Shown here one piece after another: positions 8,018 to 17,758 of a DNA stretch of 64,000 bases. Location: contig OZ220494.1 of the NCBI GenBank assembly GCA_965116215.1, forward strand, positions 1,658,235-1,722,234. Reading direction: 5' to 3'. The notes beneath the pieces were generated by a model that searched no databases, was not told where the DNA came from, and saw nothing but the letters and a program-made list of their open reading frames with translations. Within the stretch, counting starts at the first letter, position 1, and each line of letters begins with the position of its first letter. Origin of the DNA: Bdellovibrionales bacterium. GTDB lineage: Bacteria > Bdellovibrionota > Bdellovibrionia > Bdellovibrionales > JAKFYE01. The translations under genes were made by a program, and so were the position numbers.

Positions 8018-10678
8018 CTACTGTGAAAGTGAATCATAGAGGGATTTAAAGGCTATAGGCAACGACTTTAGATTCTTTCCTGCACCTTGAGCAAAATGAG
8101 ATCTTCCACCTCCCTGTCCGTCAAGTTGAGAGGCCACTTTTTTAAGAAGTGTTCCAGCATGGTATTTTTGAGTCAGATTTTGGGAGACGGAGACAATAAT
8201 GGGATGTGACGTCTTTCCCTTTCCTACAATGACAATAATACCTGATTGGATTTTGTCTCTTAGAGAATCTGCGACTTGTCCTAATACGGCTTTGTCCTCT
8301 AAATCGATATGAGCCGTTATGAGTTTTCCACCATCTATATTTTTTGCAGTATTGAGGATTTCTTTAATATCTATTTCTTTTTTATTCCATTGAATTAATT
8401 GTTTTTTTAAGTTTTTAATGTCTTGTTCGAGATCTTTTATTTTTTGAATAATAGGCGTTTTTGTATGGATTGTATTGTATGAGAAAGATGTAGGGATATT
8501 TTTTTCGAGGATAGTTTTTCCCCAAGTTTCAGTGAGCCCAAAGTATTTTCGGTTTATCAAGTTTTCTCTGGTGTTATTCATTAAATAAGCAACAGCTTCT
8601 TGTCCCGTTAGAGCTTCTATCCTGCGCACTCCAGAACTCACTCCCGTCTCTCTTACGATTTTAAAGACTCTTATAGCTCCTGTGTTTTGAACATGGGTCC
8701 CGCCACATAATTCAAGGGAATAGTCTCCCATTTTGAGAACTCGAACAGAGTTTTTATACTTCTCTCCAGCTAAAGTGAGGGCCCCTTTTTTCACAGCTTC
8801 ATTGTAGCTGCAATGGGCGATTGTCACAGGGAGGTTGTTAAAGATTTGTTCATTGACTTGAGCTTCAATTTGAAAAATCTCATTATCAGTCACAGGCTTG
8901 TTGTGAGTGAAATCAAATCTTAAATGTGTTGGCTCCACCAAAGACCCCGCTTGAGTCACATGCCTTCCTAAAACATTTCGTAAAGCAGCGTGAAGGAGAT
9001 GAGTTGCAGAATGGTTATAGGCAACCTCTTGGCGATGAGAGGGTTTCACATGAAGCGAGAGTGTTTGCCCAACGTGTATTTCCCCTTGAGTCACAACAAT
9101 ATCATGTAGGTAGCAATCTTGAACTCTTGTACAATCCTTAATATCAATGGATATTGATGGATTTGAGCCCTTTCCCTGATCCCCGACTTGTCCACCCCCT
9201 TCAGCATAAAATGGTGTTTTATCAAAAATAATAAAGCCTGACTCACCTTCTTTTAATACGTCGACATTTGTTTTTTCTTTTGAAATTTTTAATACGTTAG
9301 CTTCAGCACTTAATGAATCATATCCTACAAATAGAGTGGGATTTTGGTCTTGAGTCCATTGGAGAAGGAAGGTCTTATTTTTTGAAAAGTCCTGCTTTTT
9401 CCAAGAGGCCTGTGAACGTTTTCTTGTTTTTTCCATTTCACTTTGAAAAGCACTTTCATTAACATGAATACCATGTTCTCTACAAATCACCCGAGTGAGA
9501 TCCATAGGGAATCCATATGTATCATAGAGCTTGAAGACCAGTGTGCTATCTAGGGTGTTACCAGCTTTTAGAGTTTTTAAAGCTGTGTCTAAAAGTTGTG
9601 TTCCTTGATCTAATGTTTTAAAAAATCGACTTTCTTCATCTTTAGTGGTCTGTTGAATCAATTCTTTATTTTGTTTTAACGAGGTGTATTCATCTCCCAT
9701 ATCTTCAATAACGCATTCAACAATAGAAGGGAGTAAAGATTTCGAAGATAATTTTTTCCCAAAGCGTAAACCTCTGCGCATTATACGTCTGAGAACATAG
9801 CCTCGCCCTTCATTTAGAGGGAGAACTCCATCTCCAATAAGAAATGCTGTCGCACGGGCGTGGTCTGCTAAAACCCTGTATGCGGCCATGACGTCTTTAG
9901 AGGCTCTATAGGGAAGGTCTGTCAGTTCTTGTATTCTTTCAATAAGGGTTTGAAAGATATCTGTTTCGTAATTGATGGGTGTGTTTTGTAAGACCGCCGT
10001 TAGTCTTTCAAGGCCAGCCCCCGTATCAATACTGGGGTGAGGCAATGGTTCCATCTGGCCGGAGGATTTTTCATCAAATTGCATAAATACAAGATTCCAA
10101 ATCTCTACGTAACGGTCTTCTGAAGGAGAAGTTTTAGGTCCATGATCATAGAATATCTCAGAGCAGGGGCCACAGGGACCTGTTTCTCCCATTCTCCAAA
10201 AATTATCCTCGGGTCCACAGCGCAGAATTTTACTTATAGGCACTCTCTCTTGTTGATGCCAAATGTTTGCAGCTTCATCATCATCTTTAAAAACTGTAAC
10301 ATGAAGTCGATCCATGGGAATTTTTAATTCATTCGTTAGAAAATCCCAGGAAAAATGAATAGCTTCTTTTTTAAAATAATCTTTAAATGAAAAATTTCCC
10401 AGCATTTCAAAGAATGTGTGATGTCGTGCTGTGAATCCTACATTCTCGAGATCATTGTGCTTTCCGCCTGCACGGACACACTTTTGTGAATTAACGACTC
10501 TCTTATGAGGAGGTTTTTCTAGTCCCAAAAAAAATTTTTTAAACTGATTCATTCCTGCATTAGTGAATAAAAGAGTACGATCTTCCTCATCGGGAACAAG
10601 ACTGGAGGAGGGAACTCGAATATGTCCTTGTTCTTTAAAATAATTTATAAATGCTGATCGTACTTCAAAACTCTTCAT
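8018..10678 (-). CDS. alaS: Alanine--tRNA ligase
   Basis: 886 aa; class II motifs (FTNAGMNQFK, RHHTFFEMLGNFSF), editing-domain HSATHLLH, C-terminal DHHA1-like GGG..AQG. Confidence 0.97.
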   Translation of the reverse strand: MKSFEVRSAFINYFKEQGHIRVPSSSLVPDEEDRTLLFTNAGMNQFKKFFLGLEKPPHKRVVNSQKCVRAGGKHNDLENVGFTARHHTFFEMLGNFSFKDYFKKEAIHFSWDFLTNELKIPMDRLHVTVFKDDDEAANIWHQQERVPISKILRCGPEDNFWRMGETGPCGPCSEIFYDHGPKTSPSEDRYVEIWNLVFMQFDEKSSGQMEPLPHPSIDTGAGLERLTAVLQNTPINYETDIFQTLIERIQELTDLPYRASKDVMAAYRVLADHARATAFLIGDGVLPLNEGRGYVLRRIMRRGLRFGKKLSSKSLLPSIVECVIEDMGDEYTSLKQNKELIQQTTKDEESRFFKTLDQGTQLLDTALKTLKAGNTLDSTLVFKLYDTYGFPMDLTRVICREHGIHVNESAFQSEMEKTRKRSQASWKKQDFSKNKTFLLQWTQDQNPTLFVGYDSLSAEANVLKISKEKTNVDVLKEGESGFIIFDKTPFYAEGGGQVGDQGKGSNPSISIDIKDCTRVQDCYLHDIVVTQGEIHVGQTLSLHVKPSHRQEVAYNHSATHLLHAALRNVLGRHVTQAGSLVEPTHLRFDFTHNKPVTDNEIFQIEAQVNEQIFNNLPVTIAHCSYNEAVKKGALTLAGEKYKNSVRVLKMGDYSLELCGGTHVQNTGAIRVFKIVRETGVSSGVRRIEALTGQEAVAYLMNNTRENLINRKYFGLTETWGKTILEKNIPTSFSYNTIHTKTPIIQKIKDLEQDIKNLKKQLIQWNKKEIDIKEILNTAKNIDGGKLITAHIDLEDKAVLGQVADSLRDKIQSGIIVIVGKGKTSHPIIVSVSQNLTQKYHAGTLLKKVASQLDGQGGGRSHFAQGAGKNLKSLPIAFKSLYDSLSQ

Positions 10679-11126
10679 TAAGCACTTTCTGTATAATATG
10701 AGAGGAATATCCCCGGTAGGCTAACCATCTCATAATTTTTTGTTTTTTATTGTATTCTTTCAATTGTTCCTTTCCAAAATGTTTTATGACTAAGTGATAG
10801 GCTTTATGAGCCTCTTTATCATCAGTTAAGGTGAGATAAGGCAACCCTTTTTTCTTAAGGACATGTTGAATATAGGAGTTTGATTTGCCCTTATGGTTTA
10901 AATTTTCAAAGATTCTGCGGGAAAGAATCTGTGGGGGAGTCAGCCATTTTGATTCCTTAGCATATTCAAGAGCTTTCTGGATCTCATTTTTTTCGTGAAA
11001 TGGAGAGAGTTTCTCTATAAGTTCCCTCTCTGAATGATCTCGGCGGGCTAAATAACGAGTGAGTCGATCTATTGCAGATACCTTCTTTTTTTTTAAGTGT
11101 GAATTGTTATTTTCTGGGTCAGGCAT
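10665..11126 (-). CDS. recX: RecA regulator RecX
   Basis: 153 aa; RYLARRDHSERELIEKL and WLAYRGYSSHII match the three-repeat RecX pattern. Overlaps the alaS start by 14 nt. Confidence 0.75.
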   Translation of the reverse strand: MPDPENNNSHLKKKKVSAIDRLTRYLARRDHSERELIEKLSPFHEKNEIQKALEYAKESKWLTPPQILSRRIFENLNHKGKSNSYIQHVLKKKGLPYLTLTDDKEAHKAYHLVIKHFGKEQLKEYNKKQKIMRWLAYRGYSSHIIQKVLNEEF

Positions 11127-11132
11127 GTATTT

Positions 11133-12344
11133 CTATTTCTTACGTTTTCTTTTTTTGGGCTTCGTTTCTGTAGATTCTATAGATTCTATTTCGAGATTGG
11201 GAATGTTATCCCAATATGTTTTGCTTTCAACAGCTGTCTTTTCAAAATCCTTCCATTTTCTGTCGCTTCCCCCCTTGATCCCTTCATAGCGAAGTGCAAA
11301 GTCCTTTGGGTTTGTACTTAATTTTTGTGCTTCACCGTAGTCAATGATTTCGTTTGTAATCAATTGCATGAGGCTTTGATCAAATGATTGCATTCCAAAG
11401 GAGATAAACCCATCTTCTATTGCTGAATGAATTTCAGATGTTCTATTGCTGTCTTCAATAAGCTCTTTGATGCGAGCATTATTAATCATAATTTCTACCG
11501 CTGGAATCGGTCCTGTACCGTCTTTTTTTTGAGCCAGTCTTTGGCAGATGATGGCTTTCAAGGTGGTACTCAACTGATTTCTGATTTGTATTTGTTTGTG
11601 TGATTCATAATGAAGCAAAATACGACTGATAGATTCGTGAGTATTGGATGTATGAAGTGTTGAAATGACAAGATGGCCCGTCTCTGCGGCTAAGAGGGCT
11701 GTGTTGACTGTTTCTTGGTCGCGCATTTCTCCAACAAAAATCACATCAGGGTCTTGTCTTAGAGCGGATCTGAGAGCTGCGGCAAATGAGGGTGTGTCTG
11801 ATCTTAATTCTCTTTGAGAAATCAGACTGCGTCGGTCGGATAGAGCAAATTCAATAGGATCCTCAATAGTGATAATATGTTTTTTCTTATTTTTATTAAT
11901 ATAATCAATAATAGAGGCGCACGTTGTCGTTTTTCCAGAGCCTGTGACTCCAGTGACTAAGATCAGCCCTCTTTCAAAATTGGCAATTTGCTCTACTACG
12001 GGAGGAAGATGTAGGGTTTGAAAATCTGGGACTTTAAAAGGAATATTCCGAAAAACGGCTCGAGCAAGCCCCATCTGTTTAAAAACATTTAAACGAAATC
12101 GGCCTAGGCCGGAAACACTGTATCCCATATCAATTTCGTTGTTTTTTTGGAAAGAATGTTTTTGAGATGTGCTCATAAGCGATAAAGCCATTTCTGCAAT
12201 ATCTTTTCCATTTATTCTTTCATAACTGGAGTCCAAGACTTCTAACTGTCCATGTCGACGGATGACAGGTTTTACACCATTCTTCAAATGGATATCGCTC
12301 GCTTCACGCTGAAGGGCATGAGTCAGAATTTTATTAATGTCCAT
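11133..12344 (-). CDS. pilT: PilT-family type IV pilus retraction ATPase with lysine-rich C-terminal extension
   Basis: ASDIHL, GVTGSGKTTT (Walker A), DPDVIFVGEMRD (Walker B/Asp box), HLVISTLHT (His box). About 50 extra C-terminal residues end in KPKKRKRKK. Confidence 0.85.
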   Translation of the reverse strand: MDINKILTHALQREASDIHLKNGVKPVIRRHGQLEVLDSSYERINGKDIAEMALSLMSTSQKHSFQKNNEIDMGYSVSGLGRFRLNVFKQMGLARAVFRNIPFKVPDFQTLHLPPVVEQIANFERGLILVTGVTGSGKTTTCASIIDYINKNKKKHIITIEDPIEFALSDRRSLISQRELRSDTPSFAAALRSALRQDPDVIFVGEMRDQETVNTALLAAETGHLVISTLHTSNTHESISRILLHYESHKQIQIRNQLSTTLKAIICQRLAQKKDGTGPIPAVEIMINNARIKELIEDSNRTSEIHSAIEDGFISFGMQSFDQSLMQLITNEIIDYGEAQKLSTNPKDFALRYEGIKGGSDRKWKDFEKTAVESKTYWDNIPNLEIESIESTETKPKKRKRKK

Positions 12345-12517
12345 TCACTTAGTTTAAAGGGGAACGGTGTCTAAGGGAAATGCTTCTTCTGCTAAAGTCA
12401 CACCTGGGTAGGGGATGAGGTGAGCCACACAAGTCGCTCTTTTATCAACGAGGAGAGTTTTTGCAATGAGTTATTCCTATTGACTCATTTCTCTTGAGAC
12501 ACGTACTCTACGCTTTC

Positions 12518-12994
12518 ATGAAGACATTCTTTATCTGGAGTGCCAAAGGGTATGGATTGGGAGATATAAAAAGTGCACCCGGAACCTTTGGAACCATAGG
12601 AGTTCTTCCTCTCTGCTTGGTCTTATCCTTTTTGCCGTCACTATTGGCTCTTATTTTCACTTTTTTATTTGTACTTTTTGCCATCGTTTGTGCTGAGTTT
12701 TATGAAAGTGAGATGAAGACGCATGATTCTAAGAAAATTGTCATTGATGAAATGGCAGGGTATCTGGTGGCTATGGTTTGGTTACCTATAACATGGCCTT
12801 CTTATATTTTGGGGTTTACGGTTTTCCGCCTTTTAGATATTTTTAAACCTTTCCCTATTTCATTTATTGAAAAAAGACTCAAGGGAGGAGTGGGTGTTGT
12901 GATGGACGATGTTTTAGCAGGTCTTTTCACCAATGTGTTTCTACAAATCCTGTACACACAGACCCCCCTTCTTGGACAAAAGTGGCCTCTATGA
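12518..12994 (+). CDS. pgpA: Phosphatidylglycerophosphatase A
   Basis: GYGLGDIKSAPGTFGTIGVLPL and DEMAGY / FRLLDIFKP motifs. ORF track starts at TTG 12494; the ATG at 12518 fits PgpA N-termini better. Confidence 0.75.
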   Translation: MKTFFIWSAKGYGLGDIKSAPGTFGTIGVLPLCLVLSFLPSLLALIFTFLFVLFAIVCAEFYESEMKTHDSKKIVIDEMAGYLVAMVWLPITWPSYILGFTVFRLLDIFKPFPISFIEKRLKGGVGVVMDDVLAGLFTNVFLQILYTQTPLLGQKWPL

Positions 12995-13479
12995 ATGAGA
13001 GGGCTTTTCGCTGTTTGGAAGAATTAAAAAAACAGAGAGCGACATTGAGCCTAGCGGAGAGCTGTACAGGAGGACTGCTTTCGGTGCAATTAACAGATTT
13101 ACCTGGAGCGTCGGAAGTATTTTGGGGAACCATTGTCTGTTACGCTAACTCTGTCAAAGTTGAAGTCTTAAATGTCTCGGAGGCCCATCTCAAAAAATAT
13201 GGGGCTGTGAGTACGGAAGTCGCTGTTGACATGGCGCGTAGGACGCGAAAACGATTGAGCACGACATGGTCTCTGGCTATCACTGGTGTGGCTGGTCCGA
13301 GGGGTGGAACACCAAGGACGCCAGTGGGGACTGTCTGTTTTGGTATCTGTGGCCCAGATATTGAAGAGACAAGGATATGTCATTTTAACGGTGACCGAAG
13401 GCGTGTTCGTGAGGCAGCAGCTCATATGGGTCTGTCTATTTTAGAACATGCACTTTTTAAAAAAAGAGAGAGAGCTTGA
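12982..13479 (+). CDS. CinA C-terminal domain protein (nicotinamide-nucleotide amidase PncC type)
   Basis: 165 aa; LSLAESCTGGLL signature. Overlaps the pgpA stop by 13 nt and sits directly upstream of recA, as is common. Confidence 0.8.
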   Translation: MASMNERAFRCLEELKKQRATLSLAESCTGGLLSVQLTDLPGASEVFWGTIVCYANSVKVEVLNVSEAHLKKYGAVSTEVAVDMARRTRKRLSTTWSLAITGVAGPRGGTPRTPVGTVCFGICGPDIEETRICHFNGDRRRVREAAAHMGLSILEHALFKKRERA

Positions 13480-13515
13480 AGACAGTAACATTTTAACCAT
13501 TAAGGAGAAGAGGCT

Positions 13516-14583
13516 ATGGGTTTAGATACAGAGAAAATAAAAGCACTGGATCTTGCTATTTCATCGATTGAAAAACAATTCGGTAAAGGTTCTATTATGA
13601 AACTAGGTGGAGATGGAAAAGCTCTGCAGGATAATATACCGGTTATCAGTACAGGCTCTCTAGCTTTAGATATTGGTCTCGGAATTGGTGGGATTCCTCG
13701 CGGGCGTATTATTGAAATTTATGGACCAGAGAGTTCAGGTAAGACCACTTTAGCACTTTCAACCATTGCGGAGGCACAAAAAGACGGAGGTGTTGCGGCC
13801 TTTGTGGATGCCGAACATGCTCTAGATGTCAGTTATGCACGTAAACTGGGTGTCAATACGAAGGACTTATTGATTTCTCAGCCAGATACGGGAGAGCAGG
13901 CTTTAGAAATTACGGAAACCCTAGTTCGTTCGGGAGCTGTTGATATCTTAGTGGTTGATTCTGTGGCGGCCTTGACTCCACGTGCAGAAATCGAAGGAGA
14001 CATGGGAGATAGCCATATGGGTCTTCAGGCGCGCTTAATGTCTCAAGCCCTTCGGAAGTTAACGGCATCTATTAGTCGCAGTCATACAACGGTGATTTTT
14101 ATCAATCAAATTCGAATGAAAATTGGAGTTATGTTTGGGAATCCGGAGACAACAACAGGGGGGAATGCTTTAAAGTTTTATTCTTCAGTGCGTTTAGATG
14201 TTCGTCGTATTGGGGCCATTAAAAACGGAGACCAAGTGATAGGAAATAGAACGGCAGTTAAGGTCGTTAAGAATAAGATGGCCCCTCCATTTGCCCGTGT
14301 AGAGTTTGATTTAATGTATGGGGAGGGAATTTCTCGAGAGGGGGATATTCTGGATCTTGCTGTTGGAGAAGGTTTGATTGAAAAGTCGGGGGCATGGTTT
14401 AGTAAGAATGGTGAACGTTTAGGGCAGGGACGTGATAATGTAAAAAAATATCTAAAAGAAAATCCTAAACTTTTGGAAGAGCTGCGTGAAAAAATTCTGT
14501 TAACCAAAGGTATCATGCAAAAACCGTCGTCTGTAGATGAGCCCCGGCCTCGGAAGATATCAAAAAGAGCAAAGATGAACTAA
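13516..14583 (+). CDS. recA: Recombinase A
   Basis: [12 protein letters not shown] (Walker A), [11 protein letters not shown]1/L2 loop regions; unmistakable RecA. RBS aaggaga lies upstream. Confidence 0.98.
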   Translation: MGLDTEKIKALDLAISSIEKQFGKGSIMKLGGDGKALQDNIPVISTGSLALDIGLGIGGIPRGRIIEIYGPESSGKTTLALSTIAEAQKDGGVAAFVDAEHALDVSYARKLGVNTKDLLISQPDTGEQALEITETLVRSGAVDILVVDSVAALTPRAEIEGDMGDSHMGLQARLMSQALRKLTASISRSHTTVIFINQIRMKIGVMFGNPETTTGGNALKFYSSVRLDVRRIGAIKNGDQVIGNRTAVKVVKNKMAPPFARVEFDLMYGEGISREGDILDLAVGEGLIEKSGAWFSKNGERLGQGRDNVKKYLKENPKLLEELREKILLTKGIMQKPSSVDEPRPRKISKRAKMN

Positions 14584-14624
14584 AAAATAGGTTAAGAACA
14601 CTTCAATGATGTCGCCTTGTTTAT

Positions 14625-14724
14625 CGTTTCTCTTTTTATTTGTCCTTTGAGCCTTCGGCGAAGACGAGCTTGCAGCTTTTGGAGTCGTCTGAGTTTTAAG
14701 GGGGAAGATAAAAATCCTTTTCTT
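14625..14724. repeat. Mosaic repeat, locus 2 (half element, reverse orientation) just 3' of recA
   Basis: 14650-14724 gccttcggcgaagacgagcttgcagcttttggagtcgtctgagttttaagggggaagataaaaatccttttctta matches the right half of the 52575-52763 element. The left boundary is uncertain. Confidence 0.7.
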
Positions 14725-15053
14725 ACAGATAGGCTTGATGGCATAGAAATCTATACTGCCTAAACACCAATCCACTTTTGTTTGTCGATTGAAAGATAAG
14801 ACAGTTGTTTTATAAAAGTTCTAAAACTTTTATATGTAGACTTTTGTCTTAATTTTTTTAGAGAGCATCTCAGTGAAATGCATTTCTATAGAGCTTTATA
14901 GATGTTTTTTTATCTTCATTGTCAGGATGTTTGGATAGGGAAGATGGAAAAAGATATTTACTTCTTCTTACAAAGATAAAAGTTTCAAAATATTTCCACT
15001 CCTTTTTGCCTCCATGAATTGAGAATTGATCGGAATGAGCCGAAGTCAATCTT

Positions 15054-16394
15054 ATGGGAAAAAAAATAAAAAACTATTTTCCTATAGTGCTATTTCTCAT
15101 AATGGGTTGCTCTTCAGGTATGGAGACCTTGGTTGAACAATCTCAACACTATCGGCAAAAATTTTATCCACAATGTCAATTTCAGCAAAATCTTCAACCC
15201 TCGCCCTTTTCTTCTCTTCAGAGAGGACAAACACTATTTGTTCAAGAGAGATTTTTTCCAGCATTGAGTCATCGATCTATGACGATGCAAAAGCATTTGA
15301 ATTATATTCGGGCCCAAGAGGGATGGGAGACATTTTATCACCCTAAAACAGGTATTAAAAATGATGTTGTGGTAGCTGTTATAGATGCTGGAGTTGATAT
15401 AGATCACGAAGATATTCGGTCAATGCTTTGGGTCAATAGAGATGAAATACCCAATAATAATATTGATGATGATGGTAATGGATTTGTTGATGATGTTCAT
15501 GGATATAATTTTGCAGATGATAATGGAAACCCTAGGCCAGCTTATTTCCCTCGGCAAGAGTGTTCTAAACTGTCTTCTCATGGAACACATGTGTCTGGTC
15601 TGATAGTGGCCGATTTCAATAATGGACGTGGTGTAGCAGGAGTGATGGGAAGTAAGGCTCGGCTCATGTCTCTGAATGTATTTGGAAAATTTGGTCAGGG
15701 TTGCTCTGCTCCCAGCCATGTTTCTATAGCAGATGCTATCCTCTATGCTGTCGACAATGGAGCAAATATTATTAATATCAGTTTTGGGAGTGCTATTGGG
15801 TCTCAACGTCCTGATGTCTCTATACAAAGGGCCATTGTCTATGCTCTTGATCGAGGTGTTGTGGTCATTGCATCGGCTGGAAATAGTAAGGGTCAAGGTA
15901 AGGAGTTAAAGATGCAACTGGAGGGGGCATCTTGGCCAGCCTCCTATGGGGCACAGTATGCAGGTATGATTACAGTGGGTGCCACAAGTGTTAATGACAA
16001 TCAAAAATGTCGGGTTTCAAACTATAGTTCTGTTTTTGTAGAAATTGGAGCCCCTGGGTGTGATTGGCAAGAGTCTAAGAATGGAATTTATTCCTCTCTT
16101 CCGGGTCAGCAGTATGGGTTCTTGGGGGGAACGTCCATGGCGGCACCTATAGTTGCTGGAGCTGCTGCCTTAGCTTATGGTTTGATTCGAGATCGATCAG
16201 GTCGTATCCCTTCTCCAGCAGAGGTTGAAGATGTTTTATTAACAGGATCCCGACGTCAATGGCATCTTGTTGAATCTTTTAAGGATGGAAGAGTTGTTGA
16301 TTTATTAGCTCTAACTGATGTCATTAATAGGCGTTACCCATTCTATAGTGACCTCTCTTATAACACGATGGGTTTTCATTCTGAGTGTGGCTAG
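15054..16394 (+). CDS. Subtilisin-like (S8) serine protease, lipoprotein
   Basis: Catalytic triad contexts VAVIDAGVD, HGTHVSGLI, GGTSMAAPIVAG. Lipobox LFLIMGCSSG. Ca-binding-like DDDGNGFVDDVHGYNF. Confidence 0.85.
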   Translation: MGKKIKNYFPIVLFLIMGCSSGMETLVEQSQHYRQKFYPQCQFQQNLQPSPFSSLQRGQTLFVQERFFPALSHRSMTMQKHLNYIRAQEGWETFYHPKTGIKNDVVVAVIDAGVDIDHEDIRSMLWVNRDEIPNNNIDDDGNGFVDDVHGYNFADDNGNPRPAYFPRQECSKLSSHGTHVSGLIVADFNNGRGVAGVMGSKARLMSLNVFGKFGQGCSAPSHVSIADAILYAVDNGANIINISFGSAIGSQRPDVSIQRAIVYALDRGVVVIASAGNSKGQGKELKMQLEGASWPASYGAQYAGMITVGATSVNDNQKCRVSNYSSVFVEIGAPGCDWQESKNGIYSSLPGQQYGFLGGTSMAAPIVAGAAALAYGLIRDRSGRIPSPAEVEDVLLTGSRRQWHLVESFKDGRVVDLLALTDVINRRYPFYSDLSYNTMGFHSECG

Positions 16395-16603
16395 TAAGTT
16401 GTGATGGGCCCTCATAATCACCTATAACAAGAATGGCTTTTCGTTCTGAGTGTGATAAGATGAGGATGATACAGCTATAGAAGTTTCGTTGTTCTTAAAA
16501 TTATGAAGAAGAGCTTTTGATAAAAACAAAAGCCTTTGGTTATGATGTGTAAAGACTGAAAAAATAATGAAGAAGTAAAGAGGCCTGAATTAAAGGAATC
16601 GTT

Positions 16604-17623
16604 TTGGATAAAAGTAAAGTCTATCTTTTACAAAAACGTCTTTATATCTTAGCTCTTTTTTTAGGCCTCATACTTATGGCCTTTAAATTTATTGCATATG
16701 AAATCACCAATTCTAAAGCCATTTTTTCAGATGCCTTAGAAAGTATAATTAATGTTGTTTCAGCTCTTGTTGGCTTTATTGTTATTATAGTCTCAACAAA
16801 ACCTGCAGATCGTAATCACCCCTATGGTCATGGAAAAATAGAATATTTTTCTGCAGCCTTTGAGGGTGGGTTTATATTTTTTGCGGCAGTGTTTATTATT
16901 ATGGAGTCTGTGCCCTCTTTTTATAATGAGGGGGATCTTAGATCTATTGACATAGGGGTATTGATTACTGGATTGGCTGGTTTAATGAATGCTGGTGTGG
17001 GGCTTTACCTACAGCGGTTGGGACGCCAGTCGGATTCATTAGCCATGCAGGCGAGCGGCCAACACTTGCTGTCTGATTTTTGGACGAGTGTAGGGCTTGT
17101 TGTGGGATTACTTTTAGTGCATTGGACTCATTGGACATGGGTGGATCCCGCTCTGGCTATATTGGTTGCTCTCTATTTACTTTATAATGGGGGAAGACTC
17201 ATTCGTGAATCCATTGGAAAACTTATGGATGAGGGTGATATGAAACTGATTGAGAACATGAAAGAGTTGTTTCCAAAGTTTATTACTTCTGGAATTATTC
17301 AAATTCATCATACAAGAGTTTTACGTTCCGGACAATATCATCATATAGATGCACATGTTGTTGTTCCTGAGTTTTGGAATGTTTCCAAGGCTCATGATGA
17401 AACAAATGATTTTGAACGACGTTTTTTGGAGGGATCTGGAATCAGTGGTGAAATGCACTTACACCTTGATCCCTGTCGTAGGGCTTATTGTCGAATTTGT
17501 GCTGTCAGTGATTGTCCCATTCGTACGGAAACTTTTCAAAAAAGAGAGCCTTTTTCTATTGATGAACTTTTAGATCCAGAAGAGCCTGAAAGGTACAAAA
17601 AGCGTGGAAAACCTATTTATTGA
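16604..17623 (+). CDS. Cation diffusion facilitator (CDF) family metal efflux transporter
   Basis: Six predicted TM segments, SDALESIINV and HLLSDFWTS motifs (TM2/TM5 metal site), C-terminal cytoplasmic domain with Cys/His-rich end. Confidence 0.8.
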   Translation: MDKSKVYLLQKRLYILALFLGLILMAFKFIAYEITNSKAIFSDALESIINVVSALVGFIVIIVSTKPADRNHPYGHGKIEYFSAAFEGGFIFFAAVFIIMESVPSFYNEGDLRSIDIGVLITGLAGLMNAGVGLYLQRLGRQSDSLAMQASGQHLLSDFWTSVGLVVGLLLVHWTHWTWVDPALAILVALYLLYNGGRLIRESIGKLMDEGDMKLIENMKELFPKFITSGIIQIHHTRVLRSGQYHHIDAHVVVPEFWNVSKAHDETNDFERRFLEGSGISGEMHLHLDPCRRAYCRICAVSDCPIRTETFQKREPFSIDELLDPEEPERYKKRGKPIY

Positions 17624-17758
17624 ATTGCATTTTTATAATTGAAGATCTGTCATCATTGTTTAATCTTCTGTTGAGAGATTAAGAGAGTTCTATCTTTATT
17701 ATAATTTAAAATGAATTTTATTGTGAAAGTTTTCTTTTTCAGTTATCCCTGAGTTTCA

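Noticed and set aside
13480-13515. SOS/LexA operator upstream of recA
   Set aside because: I found no palindrome of the CTGT-N8-ACAG type or the TTAC-N3-GTAA type. recA is only 36 nt from the cinA-type gene, so it is probably co-transcribed with it.
14178-14516. Antisense or alternative-frame ORFs inside strong genes: 14178..14516 in recA, 15420..15896 in the S8 protease, 24367..24843 in glnN, 44819..45232 in E2, 54142..54585 and 58465..58887 in the FHA operon, 50112..50631 in the sulfatase-like gene, 48213..48464 opposite exbD, and others
   Set aside because: These are shadow ORFs opposite or overlapping genes with unambiguous homology. Their compositions are low-complexity or unusual, and they have no motifs.
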